This document shows positions 13,143 to 23,769 of a stretch of DNA of 64,000 bases, piece by piece. The stretch is from positions 7,068,001-7,132,000 of the forward strand of contig CM106586.1 of NCBI GenBank assembly GCA_048013815.1, written 5' to 3'. A model generated the notes under the pieces. That model was not told the DNA's origin and searched no databases. It saw only the letters and a list, made by a program, of their open reading frames with translations. The stretch comes from Setoptus koraiensis. Lineage: Eukaryota > Animalia > Arthropoda. The position numbers and the translations under genes were made by a program. The first letter of the stretch is position 1. Each line of letters starts with the position of its first letter.

Positions 13143-14741
13143 TTATTGAATTGCTGCCTTTAGGCCACGAATTTTGTTCGAAAAACAGTCTATAACGGAA
13201 ACAATTGAAGCAGTTATTAAAGTCACTATAGTGGTGAATAATTGTCTCACTATTCCAACACCCTGACTATCCGTTATTGATAGCCTAAGCGCCTCAACAA
13301 CGTTTACCGATTTTTTGTTTCCTTCAACACCTCTGTTGATCGTGTCAATCACATGCTGTTGCGGATTATCATAATATCTACTTGTGCTTGTTCTAATTGT
13401 AAACAGTTTGTTTTTCAAATATAGACCAAACAATTGCCAAGTTTTCTTAATCAATTTAATGGTGCTCACAGTTATAAAACGCTCTTTCGATCTCTCCAGA
13501 AGCGTCTTCTTAAATTCTATCTCATTTCTAATCCAAAAGTCATGATCAAATTTATTGTCCTCGAAGACAATATCGCGCAATGACTCGTCTCTCACCACCA
13601 GCTTCTTCAATGGATCATGCTCTCTAATGCCGATGGTGAATACTATGTCATATCTGCCGTCCAATCGCTTTTCGACATTGTGATCATCTCGCTCCAATTC
13701 AATCTGATCAAATGCCTCACACAATTGCGTAATAGTATACCATTTTCTAACTAGATCGCTTGTTTGCAATTCGGCATATTCGCGCTTCAACAGCGCCCCT
13801 TTAAAAGAGTAGCCCATTCTAGACAATCTCAATACAGATATAATTGTACCCTGGTATATTGGCTTGAATTTTTGCTGGCATGCATCGACCATTTCGTTGA
13901 GAGCTTCATTTGTTCTGGTTGATATGGTTATTTTTGTATTCTCGTTCTCGGACAGGTCAATTGGGTTAGGCGAGGCAAAACTCTTCGTCTCTTTGATGGA
14001 GCTCATTAACATGATATCATCAAAATCATCCAATTTTGTCTCAAACTCGCCAACTATCTTCATGAGGTCAGCAAAATCATTTTGTGTTTCTGTTGTTCGC
14101 AATGGGCAGGCCATGCCATCAGCAGCCGACTTTGAATTTCGGTGCTGAAGCTGATCATATTTCCATGGCAACAGCAATTTATAATCCGCCAAGCTTATCA
14201 ATTCCTTGGCCTTGTTTTCTAAGTTCATGATGAGATTCTTTTTGCAAATAGCGCTAACCTGTAACGCATACATTTTGAATAAATCCCTAACCATGGGCTT
14301 AAAACTCATACGTTTATTCTCGTATGCGCTCACATATCTAAAATGGAAGCGTTCCATTAGACGGATATGTTCCGGATTGCAAACATCTCGCTCGCTGTAG
14401 ACTAGCATCTCTTCCAAGTCCATAAAAGCCGGACTCTCAAGCAAACAATTGTGAATTTGTTTATTTCTCTGGTTGTAGGGGGGCAAACGCTTTGCATTGG
14501 CCCCCTTGTTGAATTTCTTCAGTGTGGCTATGAATTCCGACAGGTCAGAGAGCCCACTCAGATTCTGAAGTTCACTCAGACAAGTAATCTCCAGCCATGC
14601 AAACTCGTCGGGCACATACAGCGCAGTGTAGCCGGGCCTCAGACCGGGCTCTGGTCTATCCCTGGCGAGAACACAGTATTCAACTAGTATTTTTGTCAGA
14701 ACCAGCAACGAAATGGAGGAAAAAACATTCAATTTTGACAT
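13143..14741 (-). CDS. Hypothetical secreted protein, 532 aa
   Basis: Long intronless ORF with an N-terminal hydrophobic signal-like segment and scattered Cys. No family recognised. Confidence 0.8.
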   Translation of the reverse strand: MSKLNVFSSISLLVLTKILVEYCVLARDRPEPGLRPGYTALYVPDEFAWLEITCLSELQNLSGLSDLSEFIATLKKFNKGANAKRLPPYNQRNKQIHNCLLESPAFMDLEEMLVYSERDVCNPEHIRLMERFHFRYVSAYENKRMSFKPMVRDLFKMYALQVSAICKKNLIMNLENKAKELISLADYKLLLPWKYDQLQHRNSKSAADGMACPLRTTETQNDFADLMKIVGEFETKLDDFDDIMLMSSIKETKSFASPNPIDLSENENTKITISTRTNEALNEMVDACQQKFKPIYQGTIISVLRLSRMGYSFKGALLKREYAELQTSDLVRKWYTITQLCEAFDQIELERDDHNVEKRLDGRYDIVFTIGIREHDPLKKLVVRDESLRDIVFEDNKFDHDFWIRNEIEFKKTLLERSKERFITVSTIKLIKKTWQLFGLYLKNKLFTIRTSTSRYYDNPQQHVIDTINRGVEGNKKSVNVVEALRLSITDSQGVGIVRQLFTTIVTLITASIVSVIDCFSNKIRGLKAAIQ

Positions 14742-15526
14742 CTTTTCTGGTTGGCTCGTCTGGTGTCTTGCGTAGCCACTGTGTAAAACTGGTCCAAGTT
14801 TTCAGACCATAACCAGTAATCGTTGAAATACAAAACAAAGCGAGCTGACTTATTGGCGTTGCAAATGAATTTGGACACATTTAAATCAAGCGTAATAGTT
14901 TATTGCAGATGCCAGTTGCGAATCTAGTCTGCCTGGCTATGTCACATGCAGGCTATTTTTAGTTACTTTTATTGGGAGAAAACGACTCGCGACCCTGTGC
15001 AAACGAAGAAAAAACAACTAGGACTTTGATTGGGTGAGGCCGTCAGATAAACCCATTGATTGACCAGCTCTTTGAACCGTTTAAGGAGTTTCAATAACTT
15101 CTACATTGAACTCCAAAACACATTCGGATATTGCCAGGTCAATGCTGCACTTGCCGCTTTGTAGCCGACAACTGGAAAAGGCGAAAGGGATCGTGTTTCA
15201 GTTGTGTCTCGGTTGATTCATCGCAAAATAATAATTTATTATAACTGAAAACAGATAACTAGCTGAGCTGCGTTTCTTGATGGTCTTGATGAAAGTATCC
15301 AATTATTGAACTGTAGAACTAGCTGACTTGCTCGCACTTGTTTTTTGAACGCCAGAAAAACAGAAATTCATTTGTACCGAAAACCATCTCTAGATTTTTC
15401 GAGTGGCCTTAGTATGATCATATTCGCAATAATTGGAACCTCTGCATTTGCTGGCTTCGAAGGCATTCAATAATACGATAGGCTAAAAACACATCGAGCG
15501 AGACGGACTACTAGCATCTATCATAA

Positions 15527-16327
15527 ATGGCAATTATGGTGGATTTTTTACTGCCCGCACAAAATCACAAAAATTCATTTGTCCGAGGGGCACCACCCTT
15601 CTCTCTGGCAACATTTCTAATTACTTTCGGTCTTATATTCGTGATTTCTAGGGCCGAACACACTCTCGCATCGTGTGACATTCCAAACGATCCTCTCTGT
15701 GATGCCAATTTTGATCCATTGATCGAGCCTGGGACCTTGAAAAAGACCACCACGACCACTACCACAGCAAAACCATCTGTGGCTTCTAGGACAGGTCTGA
15801 AAGCTCAAACGAAAGGAAAACCTGAGAGTATGGGCGCAAAAAAGAAACCGTCTTACGAAGATCCGCTTTCTGAAGATGCGTTTTCGGCCGACACTGTCTC
15901 GGTGAAGCAAAAGAACAAACAATCCGGCGATAGGCTTGCCACAAAGAAGACAACTGAGAGCGCCAATTTAGATAAAAGTAAACTGTCAGCAAAAGCCAAA
16001 GGACTTAGTCGTAGTGCTCTCAGTGACTCGTTGTCTGACCATTTTGGTCATGCACATACCTCGGTTCGCGAGAGCTATAGTGATTCCAGTTGCTCACCAG
16101 AACGATCAAATGATCCATCAGATGGAGATGAACAAAAATCAGACAAATATGATCCATCTTCGCGTTTCGGAGCCAATGGATATGGAAAAAAAGAAATAGA
16201 AAAAGACAAAGTATATAGAGCCGCCGTTGAAAGAGCCTATGAAAACAAACCAAAAAGGGTGAACATAAGGTCTGAATATTGCAGACCCGGTTGCCGGTGC
16301 ACTTGCGACGACACTAGATACAAATGA
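15527..16327 (+). CDS. Hypothetical secreted/membrane protein, 266 aa
   Basis: Hydrophobic segment at aa 25-42, a Cys pair, Thr/Ser/Lys-rich linker, and C-terminal CRPGCRCTC. Confidence 0.7.
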   Translation: MAIMVDFLLPAQNHKNSFVRGAPPFSLATFLITFGLIFVISRAEHTLASCDIPNDPLCDANFDPLIEPGTLKKTTTTTTTAKPSVASRTGLKAQTKGKPESMGAKKKPSYEDPLSEDAFSADTVSVKQKNKQSGDRLATKKTTESANLDKSKLSAKAKGLSRSALSDSLSDHFGHAHTSVRESYSDSSCSPERSNDPSDGDEQKSDKYDPSSRFGANGYGKKEIEKDKVYRAAVERAYENKPKRVNIRSEYCRPGCRCTCDDTRYK

Positions 16328-17049
16328 CAGCGAGGGATACAAAAAGCAAGTAAGTTGTAAATTTCGTCAACGATTACGCACAATCACAGTCCCCTGAGTG
16401 ACCAAAATTGTGGCCCCATCAACAGGTTATGGTGGCAGGCCCATAACAACCAGGGAATTTCGGGAACGAAGAACCATTTTCTTGAGCGGATCTGTTTTCA
16501 TCCCAATGGAACCCATGCTTCGACGGCCACGACGACCGAGCAGACACTTGAGCATCAAGTGGCTACCCCTTCCCCCCACCAAGAAACTAGTACAATTCTG
16601 CGAAATCTAACACTCATTGTTAATTTATGTTGTCAATAAACTGAACCCTTCGGTCATAATCCACAGAGGTGCGCGAGCGCTTCAAAAAAGCCCTTGAAAA
16701 TCGAACAATTAGACTATAACTATATGAGAAATTCGAATCGCGATTACAAGCATGTAAGCTAATTCCTTGGACTTGTTATCGTCTCTATAGAGTAATCTAG
16801 ATAGAAAAAAAACATCATCGATTATTGCAGAAATCCGGGATTTTCTCCGGGGAAATGAAAAGCGTTTTCTTGCTCCCCAGGAACAGCCGAGTCCAACCAG
16901 CCACATGTCATGTTGATCGGCATGTCATGGTTGGGAAGGTTTCCTTGTTAGCCAGTGCGGGGGCGGTCGTTTATATCACAGTGACTGTCAAACATATATA
17001 CTGTACAACAGAATATTGTCGTCATGGATACTCTTCTTTTTATGTGAAT

Positions 17050-17945
17050 TTATCAGACTTTGATTGTTTTCGCTTGTGACGACATTTCACCGTCACCACT
17101 ATATAAGCCAGGACTCTCAACTTGTATTCCTCTCCGCGAAACAGATCATCAATAGTGGCGATCAATTCTTTGCCGCCTAGTTTTATGTCGATAACTTTAG
17201 CCTTAGAGATATTTTCATTAGTTCTCCAGTAGCGAACCTTATAGCCAAGAATAGGCTCTTCGTCCATTGACACCGTATATACGGCACGCCACCTGAAACT
17301 GACGGGCTCACTTCGACGCTCGTTGGGGGTCTCAGTGGGGCTGATTTGTAGGTCTTAATGCGGAAAGATTCACTCTGAGGTCCACTACCTGCGTCATTGT
17401 ATGCCATTACAACCAGCTGATATTCGGTATCTGGCATAAGACCTACAATCAATCCCCAAGTCTTAAGTCCACGCTTCAAGGTGGTTAGAGAATCTGTTTG
17501 AGGGTTTCGCTTGCTTGGCCAATACTTGATGCGATATCCGACAACTTTATCATTATTTTCCGGCACATCTTCAACAATTGGTGACCAAGTGACATTGAGC
17601 GATGTAGAATTGAAAGCAAAGCAGCAAGCATACACACTGCTTGGTTGTATATTAGGCATCATTTGAGCTGAGTAGATATTGGCACGATTAGGTGGTCCAA
17701 CACCGATACGATTAACGGGAAATACGGCTACATTGTATAGTTTGTATGAGTTATCGGTGCCAACGCTTATTGTGTAAGCGCTGCGATTTCCGGCCGCTTT
17801 CAACTCTTGTCTTTCGTAGTCCTGTGACTCATTCCGTTTGTAATGAACCATATACCAGATCTCGTCATCGCCCCAAAGAGCTCAAGGCAATGGGTCCCAT
17901 CTGATAACAAGTGTGCCTGCTTTACCTCCACCTTCATTTAGGTTA
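17050..17945 (-). pseudogene. Contactin-like fibronectin type III fragment (about 3 FN3 domains), disrupted
   Basis: 'GGGKAGTLVIRWDPLP*', 'FNSTSLNVTWSP', 'VMAYNDAGSGPQSE', 'KSAPLRPPTSVEV', 'EEPILGYKVRYW'. In-frame stop at 17882-17884; frameshifts near 17305 and 17103. Confidence 0.8.
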
Positions 17946-18745
17946 GTATCGCAATATTCTAGCTGCTTTTTCACGTCTCTTACGAGTGACCACAGTCCGA
18001 ACAAAAATCTGTATAATTCTCGCAGCTTTGTCGCGTCGATTTTGTACCACCACAGTCCTCATAAATTTCTGTATCAATCTCGCTGCCTTTTCACGTCGGT
18101 TTTGGGCCATCACAGTTTCCAAAGATTTCTGCAATAATCTTGCTGCTTCTTCACATCTCTTACGAGCTACTACAGTCCTCATAAACTTCTGTATCGATCT
18201 AGCTGCCTTCTCGCGTCGGTTTTGAACCACCTAACTCTTGAAAAACCTTTGCAAAACTCTTGCTGCTTTTTCACGTCAACTTTGCACTAAAAAAGCTTCA
18301 AAAAATCTCTGTAGCACTCTTGCTGCATTTTCACGTCGGTTTTGGGCCATCAAAGTTTCTACAGAACTCTGCGATAATCTTGCTTCTTTTTCACGTCTCT
18401 TGCGAGCCACTGCAGTCCGAAAAAAATTCTGTATAACTTTCGCCGCGTTGTCACGTTGTTCAGCTATGATCATACGTCGCACAATCTGAGAGGACAATCT
18501 CCTTTCGTTCAGTCGGCTCAATACGACAGCGCCTTTATTTTTTTCCCGAATTTCGGGATCTTGCTAGTAGCTGTGATAGTTTTCGTTTCGCTACTTCTAT
18601 TGAGAGTTCTTTTGGATGGACTGACGATTCTGCCTAAGGACGCCCTAGAATGATTCATATTGGATACTCTTGGCTTAGCTAAGGAGAGCCTAGACTGTTT
18701 CATGTTGGTTCCTCTTGGCTTCAGTACTGTCTTTTTTTTTATTTG
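17943..18745 (-). pseudogene. IQ-repeat gene fragment with basic Ser/Arg-rich leader (ASPM-like composition), disrupted
   Basis: Repeated 'AARxIQxFxRxxxxxxRREK'. Two in-frame stops (about 18276 and 18232) and a frameshift at about 18520. Confidence 0.7.
17950..18490 (-). repeat. Nine tandem 60-nt (20-aa) IQ-motif units
   Basis: The GCTGC(T/C)TTTTCACGTC-like core recurs at 17962, 18022, 18082, 18142, 18202, 18262, 18322, 18382 and 18442. Confidence 0.9.
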
Positions 18746-18770
18746 TTGACGTTCTGCAAAACCATTCATC

Positions 18771-19850
18771 GACATAGTTAAAAAAAAATATTCAGATGCC
18801 CAAATCAAGGTCAGAGAGGCAACTTCCAACGATCCATGGGGCCCTTCGTCGACCATACTGGCCGAGATTGCCGATGTAACCTACAATGTAGTTGCATTTT
18901 CAGAAATTATGGCAATGATATGGAAACGTTCGAATGACCGTGGAAAAAATTGGCGTCATGTCTACAAAGCTCTTGTCGTGTTGGAATATCTTATTAAGAC
19001 AGGTACGGATAAAGTGGCTGAGCAATGTCGTGAGAATATATTTTTCATACAAACCCTCAATCATGTCCAGAATATGGAAGAAAACAAGGACTTGGGAATG
19101 AATGTGCGTGAAAAATCGAAAGCGTTGGTAGCTCTCCTTAAAGAAAAATTGAAAAATGAGAGAGCTAGGGCCCTAAAAGCTAAAGAGCGTCTCTCCGAAT
19201 CCATGTCGTCCATGACAAGAAGCAGTTCGCATTCATCTAGTAGCGAAACTCCCCCGCAATCATCCACCTCGTTAAATAACTCTTTTGATGTGAGTAATTC
19301 ATCGACATCATCTGCCATTGAAGCGACGGCGGTAAACAATTCAGAACTAGAGAATGCCAGACCGCAAACGGCAAGCGAAGAGGCGAACCAACTTCAGATA
19401 GCCTTGGCTCTTAGTAAAGAGGAAGCTGAGGAACAAGAAAAAATTAAAATGAATGATGAATTGCGCCTTAAGTTGGCCCTTGATGCAGCAAAAAGGCTGC
19501 CTCAACTTCTCCAAGCGCCTCCTCCTCAATGTCAAAAACCGCTACTACAAGCAATGGTCCTAGCACAATCGACGATCTACTTGGTTTATCTGTGAGGCCT
19601 CAGCCAGATCCTATTGTAACCGCATCATCTAATTTAGATCCTTAGATAGTTAACTCAAATCAAAGACAAACAGTTCATTCGGCCTTCGACTCATGGGAGC
19701 CAACACCTAATGATATTCCCTCAATGTCGCAACCAAATACGAGTGATCTATGGAAAACAGCTACCACCACTACCCAATCGACTGCTTCTGATTCTTTATT
19801 TGATTTGTGGAAATCACAACCACCCGCCCCGTCTACTCTTGCCTCCATAG
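18771..19850 (+). pseudogene. Epsin (ENTH-UIM-DPW) pseudogene, 5'- and 3'-truncated
   Basis: 'YSDAQIKVREATSNDPWGPS', 'KNWRHVYKAL', UIM 'EEANQLQIALALSKEEA'. No in-frame ATG after the stop at 18747; 1-nt deletion in the A-run 19490-19494; DP* (TAG 19643-45) in place of DPW; ends at (AT)n. Confidence 0.88.
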
Positions 19851-19995
19851 ATATATCATATATATATATATATATCTATAGATATCGCAAACGTGAGCGA
19901 GTTTCGTAATAAACGCAAACAAAAAATCAACTATCGGGCCGGGATAGATGCTCTGGTCTATAGGAGAATCTTGAAAAAGCTCGCTGTTTCGTGAA

Positions 19996-20196
19996 TTATT
20001 TTTTCTGTGATGGGTCCTTAAGGCGGAACTTCTTCATTTGACCACAGTGAGGTTGGATCAATTTTAACGATGAGATGATGACATCTGGGCTGACATTTGC
20101 CCTCAATAGGTTTAGAATAACGTCAAATACTTCATCATCCAGATGTACATTAGCACACGTTAAAAATTGGCGCATCTTTTCCCTATCACTGTCCAT
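19996..20196 (-). CDS. MZT2: Mitotic-spindle organizing protein 2 (MOZART2)-like
   Basis: 'LDDEVFDVILNLLRANVSPDVIISSLK' resembles the MZT2 core 'IDPDVFKILVDLLKLNVAP'. Confidence 0.7.
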   Translation of the reverse strand: MDSDREKMRQFLTCANVHLDDEVFDVILNLLRANVSPDVIISSLKLIQPHCGQMKKFRLKDPSQKK

Positions 20197-23100
20197 CTTG
20201 ATATGGGTAATCTAATAATAGAAATAAATATTTTTTTTTTAATTATTTTATTCTGGTAGTTCAATAACATGTGCATGTAGTTGTGGGTTGTAAAGGGTGG
20301 TCGCAAAAATCTTATTTCCTGAACTGAAAACTTTTCAGCGAAAAGGCTACGCTAGCGCTTCCACATTATAAAGGGTGTTTCAATCAGAACCAGGATCAAT
20401 AAAACACACTGTGCTGCTCGCTAGCACATATTCTTTCCGAAGTGGTGATCAAATGAAATTCAGCACAACAAATCAGATAGACTGTGTTGAGGTCAAGAAA
20501 AGTCCCATTCGCTTGGCACAACTAATTATTTCGCGCTGCACATTGTCTCTTTCTGCACGCTGTAACTTCCAGAGTGCATTGACAAATATCGAAAAAAAAG
20601 CACTGTGGAAGGCAGCGTAGCATAATCTGTTCCAATCCACGGGGACGTACGGGGTCTCGACTAATATTGTTTTTAAGGTTTATAAATATCCACAAGTAAT
20701 ATATATACTGTATAGAAATATATACATAAAAATAAAGGTTCATGTGTCTAGATACATGTACTTTGTGGCACGTTTTAAAGTGAAAAAAAAAACGGCTGAG
20801 CGCCTCGGATGATGAGCGCCTCGGAACTATGTTGCTTCAACCTAAAAATCTCTACAATCAGTTCGGCAGATGTCATTTCTCTCGCGTTCGCAAATCTCCA
20901 CCTCAATTTTCGGTAGCCAATTTCTGAGCCGGTTGTTTTTGCCCAGCCCCAATCAATCACAAGCAAAACATAGGCCAACAGAGTTAAACAGAGTTCAAAC
21001 AGCTCATAAATTCTAATTATTTATTGTAGTTATTGTTCGGTTTTGCTATTGTTATTAAGGCTCCTATGATTATGTTAACAGTATTAACATGTTTGTTGTT
21101 TCATTTGTTAAATGTTTTGCGCATAATAATACAGTATCATCATGAGTAGATTTTTGAAAACATGACATACATAGAGTTAGTAGGTTGTGATGGTAACCAA
21201 ATTTTTAGATCGTCCTCATAATTGAAGCTTGGAATATGGTCACTAATTGAGCTAGGTTTCATGAGACGATAATGAGCGGCTGACAAGAGAGAACTGTTCA
21301 AGAGACTGATATTTATAATGGTAACTAATTATATTTAAACTAATCATAAATTAACTAGTTGCCCAGTTTCATACAAGAAATTGAGTTATTTTTTCTCTTT
21401 CTCTCTTTGAATGCTCTGCAAGCTAAAAATTGTTGCAACTACTCTTGTTAGATCAAATTAGTATTTTGTACTGTTGTTGTAATAATTAGTTTTGCATAAC
21501 ATCTGTAGAACGTTTTTTTTTTTTGTAAAATCGTCTGACTTGTTGCTGGTGTTTCATTCAGAATAGCTACATGAATGATGCTGATGAGCGGAAGAACATT
21601 GGGAAAACTAGTTACAATTAATTATCGACTCTATACTTTTTTTCTGACTGTTTGTATATATCTTGATCATGTTTACCAGTATGATGTATATATATTGATA
21701 TATAATTACCTCTTTCTCTCTCATTCTTTCTGTCATTTCGTTTCTTCTATCTACCCTATTAAATTGTTACATGGTTCGGTGGTAGTAGTAATAGGTTTTG
21801 TTTACATGGCCTAGGCAGCTTTATTATGAGTGTCTTTAAATAATTAATCAGTAATCAGTGTAATAAGGGAATATGGGTAGTGAGTTTGGATTGAGATTTT
21901 TAACTTCCGGTAGTTGTTAAGGTCGGTTGTTTTCTAGTAGTCATTGTTGTCGTAACTGGGCTTGAGCTTTGAATCTTTGGAGCAAATTTGTTATGTTTTG
22001 TTGTTGTTTTGTTTGTTGTATCTGCTAGATTTTTTTGTTTTTCTATATTGATCTGTATACTTGACACTATCATGTCTTAATTGGTTGTAATGCTAGTGTT
22101 GCTGTGTCACCTAATCAATCAGTAACACGATAAACTATTTTCGCACCTATAACTACTTATAAATTGTAACATTTCGTCGTCATCGTCGTAGCGGCACCAG
22201 AAAACACCAATTTGCCTATTAAAATTTGCTTGCTGGTATTGTCGATATAATTGACTGACTACTGAACTCCTTAATTAATGTTATTATTATTATTGTTAAT
22301 CAGGAGCCTAACAATGGGCATCATCTATAGATCTATGTATATAAATTAAAAATCTGCCTTTCTCCGTAATTGAGCAGCTTCGCACATCTTTTTTTGTAGA
22401 GTTTTTTTCTCCTCGTTTTTATAGAATTCTTGTTGTTCTCAAAATATCTTGTAAATTTGTTTTAGGTGCTCTATTTCTCTCGTTCTTTTTTCTCTTCACT
22501 TGATGTTATCCAGCGACATGGTGATGCCATATTTGAGAATCAGGAGAGTGTCCGTGTGTTCAATGGAGTTGCATTAATCCAAATATAATAATATTATAAT
22601 GATCATATATATTTTTTTCCTAGTATATATGTGTATATATGTATAAAGTTATTCAAAAATGAATATTCTTGTTTCGCGTTCGGTAATAGTGTGTAGGTGT
22701 GATTATATATCCAAAATGTTCCAATAACTAACTATACAAGTTTGCACTATACTGGGTTCTGCCATACAAGTCTAGGCCATTCTTCTGCTAATAACATCAG
22801 CAATATGTCTCTTTCGCTCTTCTTAGCAAGGCCGTATGAATCCAAATTTAGCTGATGATTATCCCGGGCGAAAGAAGGCTCGCTATCGATACAATTAGTC
22901 ACCCCGATAGATAGAAGATAGTAGACAGTGATTTGAGGATATCTGGTCTAGTTCGAACTTGCCACGTAGAGCGCAGTAGGATTGTGATCAGACACTTATT
23001 TGAATGGGCAGAAAATTGCTTGATTCGACGAAAAGTTAATCCACACATCTCGCCACCGAGCTAGTTGTAGAATCCCTCCGTCTGGCTAGAGTCTCTATAA

Positions 23101-23769
23101 TTAATTAGATCGACTGCCATGCTTCTAGAGACGAGGGTGACAATTCATTCGAATTCAGAGAGGATTGCTCATGATCTCTGGCCAGTTGTCATACCCAGAT
23201 GTTTGTTGATCATCTTGGTTCATTTTGTGTTTTGTTTCAATCTGTACTCAGGTGTTTGCCGGCATAACTAGGATGTTTCTTCTTTCAAATGTCCTAATTG
23301 TTGTTTTTCAACAAGATTGCAACTGTAGCAACGTTTAGCTTAAATATTTGTTTGGATGTGAAGACAATTTGAGCTTGATTATAAATGAATAGTTATATTC
23401 ATATATATATATATATTTGTTTACACTTAATGCGTTTGCATGGATGTGGATGTGATGTTACACAAGCTTCATTGAATACTGAGCTTAGCTTTGTTTGTCC
23501 ATGCCCATATATATATATATATATTCTCTCTCACTCTATGATGATTATGATGATATTTGTTTGCGTGTATGTGTATAATGATGTAAGAATAATGATAGCC
23601 CATGCTAATGTGTACAGTTTGAAGGTTTGTTTAGTCAAATCAAGTTCACGCTATGATTATTAGAAGGGTATTGATGAGACAAGAGAGCCCTGACAACTGG
23701 TATATACTCTAATAGATAATTTGAAGATGATAAAATATACATGTTACAAATGGACCAATGATCTATTTG

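Noticed and set aside
17950-18490. Regular 60-nt periodic repeat as a CRISPR-like array
   Set aside because: The entire unit is a diverged coding repeat (IQ motif) with no unique spacers, in a eukaryotic context.
19931-19957. Small hairpin followed by CTGG|T, Helitron-like 3' end next to the gene-fragment mosaic
   Set aside because: Stem is only 5 bp, spacing is too short, it lies in the MZT2 3' flank, and no matching 5' TC end was identified.
23074-23137. Bulged hairpin in the putative ATPase 3' UTR
   Set aside because: Several bulges and no SECIS or miRNA hallmarks.
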